This document shows, piece by piece, positions 27,208-32,000 of a DNA stretch of 32,000 nt. The translations under genes were made by a program, and so were the position numbers. Each line of letters begins with the position of its first letter. Positions within the stretch are counted from its first letter, which is position 1. This DNA is from Bacteroides phage crAss002: the sequence record NC_055828.1; one strand, given 5' to 3'. The notes under the pieces are model-generated. The model made no database searches. It was not told the DNA's origin and saw only the letters and a program-made list of their open reading frames with translations.

Positions 27208-28152
27208 TTAATGAGTATTGCTATGAGCTATATCATCTTTGAATCTATCCATTATATCATAAACTGATATATTAGAACAATTCAATAGAGTATTAATAGT
27301 ATTAGCAGTACGTTGGTCTTTACAAGTAATATTAAAATTATCATAATTGAACTTACGAACAACATTAGGACTAGCTTTATGAATATAATAAATATCCATA
27401 GCAGAGACATTGAAGTCTACAATATCATTTTCGTATTTATCTAATACGTCTTTAAGAGATATACAATATCTACAATCACCAATAGCTCTAGCAGCACTAG
27501 CAGTATCTTTAAATCGAATAAAGAAACCGGAATCAATAGAATTACGAATAGTTAGCCATTCAAAATCTAGCTCGTATTCTTTATATGGTTGAACATAAAG
27601 TCTCAAATCATAAAGAGCTTGTCTAAAAACTCTTAAAGCATGAGTTCTTTCAGCTAGTAGAGAAGTCTTTTCTTCTAATCGTTTATTGAGCTTATCAATA
27701 TCTTCTTTAGCACAGCTTAATTGAGTATTGAGTTCTTCATTAACTTTAACAGTAGCATTAAGAGTATCTTCAATATTCTCTAACTTAATAAGACTATTAG
27801 TTTTCTCTTCAATAATCTTATTTAATTGAGCAATACGTTCTCCACGAAGATTAAGTTCATTATTAAGACCATTAATTTGATTACGTAATTCAGTAATTCT
27901 ATTATCACTATTAACAAGTTGGTTTTCAAGAAACTTAATACGTTCAGTCAACTCATTATTATTAGATTTAAGAGATTCAATCTCATCACAATCTTTAATA
28001 GTATAAGTATTACCTAAATCAGCAAGTTCAAAAATAGAACCAAGTGATTGAAAATCTAAATCAATAATACAACCACTAGCTTCAACAATAGTAACTCCAT
28101 TGGTATGAGATACAAGAGTTATATGCTTTTTATCATTTACAATAGCTTTCAT
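27208..28152 (-). CDS. long coiled-coil protein, 314 aa
   Basis: Extended heptad-like region from ~aa 60-170 (NELTERIKFLENQLVNSDNRITELRNQINGLNNELNLRGERIAQLNKI...). Confidence 0.85.
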   Translation of the reverse strand: MKAIVNDKKHITLVSHTNGVTIVEASGCIIDLDFQSLGSIFELADLGNTYTIKDCDEIESLKSNNNELTERIKFLENQLVNSDNRITELRNQINGLNNELNLRGERIAQLNKIIEEKTNSLIKLENIEDTLNATVKVNEELNTQLSCAKEDIDKLNKRLEEKTSLLAERTHALRVFRQALYDLRLYVQPYKEYELDFEWLTIRNSIDSGFFIRFKDTASAARAIGDCRYCISLKDVLDKYENDIVDFNVSAMDIYYIHKASPNVVRKFNYDNFNITCKDQRTANTINTLLNCSNISVYDIMDRFKDDIAHSNTH

Positions 28153-28202
28153 AAATACAAGTATTAATTATTAAGAATTTAATTTTAGAAGTAGAATCCA
28201 TA

Positions 28203-28388
28203 CTATAATAGTATAGTACTATATAGTAGACGAATAAAACTAATAACTATTATATAAGTTATTATAGTTTGAACTAAAGAACGAATGATAATAACCTTCT
28301 TATAAGAAAGGTAATTAAACATTAAATAACATAGGCATATAACTATCCCAATTAAAGATAGAAATATATGGAACTGATAATCTGTCAT
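28203..28388 (-). CDS. small membrane protein, 61 aa
   Basis: Two hydrophobic segments; start overlaps the stop of the 57-aa ORF (ATGA). Confidence 0.65.
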   Translation of the reverse strand: MTDYQFHIFLSLIGIVICLCYLMFNYLSYKKVIIIRSLVQTIITYIIVISFIRLLYSTILL

Positions 28389-28558
28389 GGTGAAGTAATA
28401 TCAAATAATATTAAGAATATACATAAAGTAGACGCAACTATTATTAAAGCGAATAATGTAGTAAGAAGAGTAATCTTAGTGTTAATAAGAAACTCACTGC
28501 ATTTAATAAGTGCGATAATAAATAGTAATGTTAAGACAGTAATATCGTAGTTAGACAT
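28385..28558 (-). CDS. small membrane protein, 57 aa (not in supplied track)
   Basis: MSNYDITVLTLLFIIALIKCSEFLINTKITLLTTLFALIIVASTLCIFLILFDITSP*; ATGA overlap with 28203-28388. Confidence 0.65.
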   Translation of the reverse strand: MSNYDITVLTLLFIIALIKCSEFLINTKITLLTTLFALIIVASTLCIFLILFDITSP

Positions 28559-28801
28559 AATAGTATAAGTTAATAAGTGGATAAGATAGAGAGTAAAAGA
28601 AGTACAGTAACGTCACTCCTCTATGGGGGAGAAAAGCGAGCTTTGCGAGCGGGACAAGCCAAGCTACACAACAATACAATTATTAATAATGGTATTATTA
28701 ATAATGTTACTTCTGTTATCAGTTGTAATACATAGTATTGTTATTACCGGAATCGCTTGAACTACTATTGTCAAAGACAATGGTAGTGACGCTCTAACAA
28801 T

Positions 28802-28837
28802 AACAACTACGATAACAACTACAATAACAACTACAAT
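28802..28837 (+). repeat. 12-bp tandem repeat x3 (AACAACTACRAT)
   Basis: AACAACTACGAT / AACAACTACAAT / AACAACTACAAT, contiguous. Confidence 0.9.
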
Positions 28838-29574
28838 AATAGTAAGAACTAAGGCTATTATAACCATATCTAATAATAGAATTATAAGAATATGATTCAA
28901 ATTCTAACTCTAGTTTAGGACTAAGGTCGAAGAACTTAGGACTAACAATCAACAACAAGTAGTGCAATAGTAAGGACTACTAAAGACTATTATAGGGAAA
29001 TGTTATAGGAAATGTGATGATTAGGATTTAAATCCTAACTATCAATATAATAGCAACAATAATAGAACTAGGACTATGAGTATGATAGTATCTAATAGTA
29101 GGATTATTATAACAACTAATAGTAAGGACTAAGAACTAAAAACTATTATAGAGACTAATATCATTATAAGTACTATTGATACAATAATAATGTGAACTAT
29201 TATAAGATAGGATTAAAATCCTAACTCCATAAACGAAATGGTTTAAGTAGTAGTCGTAACATTGTAGGTTAGAATAGTGAGTTAGAATGAGGGAGTAGAG
29301 GTAGGAGAGGGAGTAATCCCACTACTTAACCAACTCATCTCTCTTATCTACATCTTCTAACTATTCTTACTCCACTACTATTATCTCACTCTATTATCTA
29401 CTCTATTATCTAGCTTAACGAGGAGCCTTAGCGACCCTTCCGAGCATTGATGTTGTCAATACTAGTAATAGTCTTGATACTATTGATATTATTGATACTA
29501 TTTGTTGTTATTGGTGTGATTGTATGAGCTTGCTCCTATTGTCTACGACAATAGTCACCGAGGGAGGAATTTAT

Positions 29575-29601
29575 GCGATATTGTCTGATAGACAATTTCG
29601 C
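29575..29601. repeat. Near-perfect hairpin GCGATATTGTCT-GAT-AGACAATTTCGC
   Basis: 11 of 12 positions pair. Confidence 0.75.
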
Positions 29602-29640
29602 CTAATATAATCCTATTACCTATACTTCGCGTGGGCGGAC

Positions 29641-29747
29641 GCACGTGTACCTATTATACGCACGCGTACACGCACGTATATAATAAGGTACGCGCGCAAG
29701 TGTTGCCCAACTTTTATATATATATATATATTATATATATATATAAG
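29641..29747. repeat. Alternating purine-pyrimidine, cruciform-prone island
   Basis: Imperfect inverted repeat GCACGTGTACCTATTATA...TATAATAAGGTACGCGCGC, then the 37-nt near-palindrome CTTTTATATATA...TATATAAG (29711-29747). Confidence 0.7.
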
Positions 29748-29811
29748 CCCACTTTGTTATTTAGAATCCGTCTAAGAGAAACGTCGTCGAAAGGCGATTT
29801 TAGCTTGCTAA

Positions 29812-29991
29812 CTAGTCAAGCTTGGATAATATGTCTGATAATCTTTTAATCTTAGCTTTTAGCTTAGATATGTATTCGGTTATATCATTAGGATTAACCA
29901 TTTGAGTTGTATGATTATTATATATGATTTCAAGAGTATCAGTAGCTATAACATCTATGTTTATTATAGTTTTCTTTTCATCTATCTTCAT
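29812..29991 (-). CDS. hypothetical 59-aa protein (not in supplied track)
   Basis: MKIDEKKTIINIDVIATDTLEIIYNNHTTQMVNPNDITEYISKLKAKIKRLSDILSKLD*; coding-like composition; iteron array 36 bp upstream. Confidence 0.6.
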   Translation of the reverse strand: MKIDEKKTIINIDVIATDTLEIIYNNHTTQMVNPNDITEYISKLKAKIKRLSDILSKLD

Positions 29992-30026
29992 AATACTTTT
30001 GTTATTTAAATTGGTTTATGATTTTA

Positions 30027-30089
30027 GCTTATCAGTTGATTAGCTTCGCTTATCAGTTGTAGCATTTCGCTTATCAGATGACTAGTGTC
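30027..30089 (-). promoter_or_regulatory. Three direct repeats with exact 21-bp period (iteron-like)
   Basis: GCTTATCAGTTGATTAGCTTC / GCTTATCAGTTGTAGCATTTC / GCTTATCAGATGACTAGTGTC. Confidence 0.7.
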
Positions 30090-30202
30090 GTTTCCAATCC
30101 CGATTAGCTTTGCCGGACGGCTGTGCCCGAAGGCTTTGCCGGACAGCGAGCATAAGTCGAGAGTATTGTCGAACACGTGCCGAATGGTGTATTCTTAGTT
30201 TA

Positions 30203-30226
30203 GTAGGAGAGGTTTCCCTCTCCTAC
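30203..30226 (-). terminator. Hairpin directly downstream of the 230-aa gene (terminator candidate)
   Basis: GTAGGAGAGG (30203-30212) / CCTCTCCTAC (30217-30226), 4-nt loop; - strand continuation TAAACTAAG is only weakly T-rich. Confidence 0.55.
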
Positions 30227-30234
30227 GTAACTGG

Positions 30235-30927
30235 TTAAGCAGCACCCTCTGCATCAGGCTGATATTTAGCCAACATGTCAGCCACGAGCATTTCGTCCGC
30301 AAGGGACAATGTACGCATACTTAATTCGTACGGGAAATACTCGTAACGGTCGTGTTCATTAACACGTTCTTCACGAGACATTTTAGCGGCATACGGATTA
30401 ACGAATACTTCACCTTGCGCAAGCACGTGTCCAAGCACGCTGATACGTGCCTTCTTGAAGATAACGTGTAGTACTGACAACGGAGCTGTCATAACAGCGT
30501 TGGCAAGCATTGGCTCGCCCTGACCTTTGAGAATAGCTGCAAGCTGAATACGAGTAGTAAATATATTACGAGTCGTAGACTCGACATAAGTACCAGTAGC
30601 AGCATCTTTAACAAACTGCGGAATGTTGCGATTAACAACAACAGTAAGAGCACCTGCATAACGATTACTATTATCAATGATATTAGTAATCATTAAGCTA
30701 TCATGATTCTCAAAATCAGGACGGTCAAGCAACAGACGAGTAACATCGTCTGCTTCCTGTCCTTGATACTCGGATAGGTCAACTATACGAGCATCAGCAG
30801 CTTCATCAGCAGCTTCATTAGTAGCATCTGTTTCAGCGTTAGCACTTGCTGCATCAGCAGCTTCTTTTGCAGCTTTTGCAGCTGCTTCTGCTGCTAATCT
30901 AGCAGCATCATTAACTTTAGTTCCCAT
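30235..30927 (-). CDS. Ala-rich N-terminus protein, 230 aa, unknown function
   Basis: Clear ORF, markedly more GC-rich than the surroundings; N-terminus DAARLAAEAAAKAAKEAADAASANAETDATNEAADEAADAR. Confidence 0.85.
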   Translation of the reverse strand: MGTKVNDAARLAAEAAAKAAKEAADAASANAETDATNEAADEAADARIVDLSEYQGQEADDVTRLLLDRPDFENHDSLMITNIIDNSNRYAGALTVVVNRNIPQFVKDAATGTYVESTTRNIFTTRIQLAAILKGQGEPMLANAVMTAPLSVLHVIFKKARISVLGHVLAQGEVFVNPYAAKMSREERVNEHDRYEYFPYELSMRTLSLADEMLVADMLAKYQPDAEGAA

Positions 30928-31003
30928 AATAAAAATGAAATTAAATGTTATAAATCAGTCGGCAACTGTTCAACCAATGTGCATCCCGACTACACGCACA
31001 ATG

Positions 31004-31068
31004 GCAATATGTTTAAAGTCATTTGGTTTGATAGTAACTGCAATATGTTTAAAGTCATTTGGTTTGAT
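31004..31068 (-). promoter_or_regulatory. Two exact 29-bp direct repeats, 36-bp period (promoter/operator candidate)
   Basis: GCAATATGTTTAAAGTCATTTGGTTTGAT at 31004-31032 and 31040-31068. Confidence 0.6.
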
Positions 31069-31250
31069 TAAGCCAATAGTTCTTTAACAACATCGTTAGC
31101 ATCTAGTATAAGTACTAACACTACTAATAGTATTAGAAAGCTATTCACATGGTTATCATACAACTTAATGTAACTTAGATGTATGAATACTGGCACACCT
31201 AGCATACTTAATGCTAAGTGTGCCACTTTTAGTTTATCACTAATATTCAT
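31068..31250 (-). CDS. small membrane-associated protein, 60 aa
   Basis: Hydrophobic stretch VNSFLILLVVLVLILD; ATGA overlap with the upstream 53-aa ORF. Confidence 0.6.
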   Translation of the reverse strand: MNISDKLKVAHLALSMLGVPVFIHLSYIKLYDNHVNSFLILLVVLVLILDANDVVKELLA

Positions 31251-31408
31251 ACGTATCTAGTATAATAACGTGAACAAAACTTGTCGTAGGTTTCACCTGC
31301 ACGACCGTACTTTCTCCAATCCCGCTTCTGTCTTCTAATAGCAGATAGATAAGTAGCAGTAGTCATAGCTACTGCTATTGATAGTAACAATAGGAATATC
31401 ATAAGCAT
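31247..31408 (-). CDS. small single-TM basic protein, 53 aa (not in supplied track)
   Basis: MLMIFLLLLSIAVAMTTATYLSAIRRQKRDWRKYGRAGETYDKFCSRYYTRYV*. Confidence 0.65.
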   Translation of the reverse strand: MLMIFLLLLSIAVAMTTATYLSAIRRQKRDWRKYGRAGETYDKFCSRYYTRYV

Positions 31409-31438
31409 AAGTATTTAATTAAACATTTATATTAATAC

Positions 31439-31461
31439 CAATATGTTTAAAGTCATTTGGT
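31439..31461 (-). promoter_or_regulatory. Third copy (23 nt) of the promoter-candidate repeat
   Basis: CAATATGTTTAAAGTCATTTGGT, 31 bp upstream of the 53-aa ORF start. Confidence 0.6.
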
Positions 31462-31527
31462 CTTGACGGGGGTATTGGAATTGGTTTGAGAGTAGGGGGC
31501 TATCAGGGTAGGAGCTTCGTCTCCGAA

Positions 31528-31553
31528 AAAATATACTCACGAAAAATATATTT
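31528..31553. repeat. CTCACGA-loop hairpin, copy 1 of a 22-nt exact repeat
   Basis: AAAATATACTCACGAAAAATAT at 31528-31549; stem AAATATA/TATATTT. Confidence 0.7.
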
Positions 31554-31694
31554 CTCTTGGGAGTAGCACTTTCTATACTATTAGATATTCTAATTCTAAG
31601 TTCATCTTTAATAGTATTCTTATTATTAATACTATTAGATGTTCTATCTCTATTAATCTAAGTATTACCTATAACACTTATAGTTCACCTCGAT

Positions 31695-31722
31695 AAAATA
31701 TACTCACGAAAAATATTATTTT
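31695..31722. repeat. CTCACGA-loop hairpin, copy 2 of a 22-nt exact repeat
   Basis: AAAATATACTCACGAAAAATAT at 31695-31716; imperfect stem with TATTATTTT. Confidence 0.65.
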
Positions 31723-32000
31723 GTGGAGTAGAGTCAACAGTAGCATTTCTAATTCTCTTTCTTCTAATAGTTCCAACAGTAGTCCTAACAGTATTTTAAG
31801 TCCCTTCTTATTAGTCCTAGTTCTACTTCTAAGTTCATTATAAGTCTTACTTCTAAGTCCCTACACATTAGTATTTCCTAATCCTTTCTTTCTAATGTTT
31901 CCTTTAAGTCTTCTATATTCTACTTGTTGTTTATTGTTGTTAGTAGTCCAAAGTCTATCTTCGATATACTTAGTCCTATTAGTTTAATTAATTCCTTTAA

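Noticed and set aside
28664-28900. - strand 78-aa ORF with VVVIVVVIVVVIV repeat
   Set aside because: Translation of the AACAACTACRAT tandem repeat and AT-rich quasi-repeats; no coding character.
29631-29849. + strand 72-aa ORF (MGGRTCTYYTHAYTHVYNKV...YIYIYIIYIYK)
   Set aside because: Runs through the alternating purine-pyrimidine and TA tract; composition explained by the repeat.
30107-30144. 12-bp direct repeat GCTTTGCCGGAC (30107-30118, 30133-30144)
   Set aside because: Real duplication but short, GC-rich and isolated; not enough to assign a function, though it adds to the unusual composition upstream of the 59-aa ORF.
1-32000. tRNA/tmRNA genes
   Set aside because: Intergenic gaps inspected by eye for T-loop (GGTTCRA) and cloverleaf arms; nothing convincing. 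A tRNAscan-SE/ARAGORN run would settle it.

Overview
The window looks like part of a crAss-like (Bacteroidales-infecting type) phage genome. I infer this from gene content and layout; I could not run a homology search. The + strand carries only the 3' part of one very large ORF that is open at base 1. It ends at 2949 and is followed by a strong terminator-like hairpin. From about 3.4 kb onward essentially all credible genes are on the - strand and form a replication/nucleotide-metabolism block: N4 gp49/Sf6 gp66-like protein, dUTPase, DUF932, Gp157-like protein, WGR+ATP-dependent DNA ligase, TOPRIM primase, SSB-like protein, RecT-like annealing protein, SNF2-like ATPase relative, family B DNA polymerase and a Dda/RecD-like SF1 helicase. 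Three HNH homing-endonuclease-like ORFs and many small Cys-rich or membrane proteins are interspersed, several below the 60-aa cutoff of the supplied track. No tRNA, CRISPR array or transposase is supported. The most interesting signals are non-coding: (1) a dispersed 14-16 bp motif, TTCCCCCRTARAGGAG, in 11 copies on both strands, between genes and inside genes in different reading frames, including two copies forming a 19-bp perfect inverted repeat; (2) a family of hairpins whose loops are conserved (TCTCACGA at the same position of 14-nt loops) while stem sequences differ but stay complementary, near intrinsic terminators; (3) a 29-bp repeat upstream of two small - strand transcription units, a promoter candidate; (4) a 21-bp-period triple iteron; (5) a low-coding 28.6-32 kb region with inverted low-complexity arms and an alternating purine-pyrimidine/cruciform island, possibly an origin or control region.
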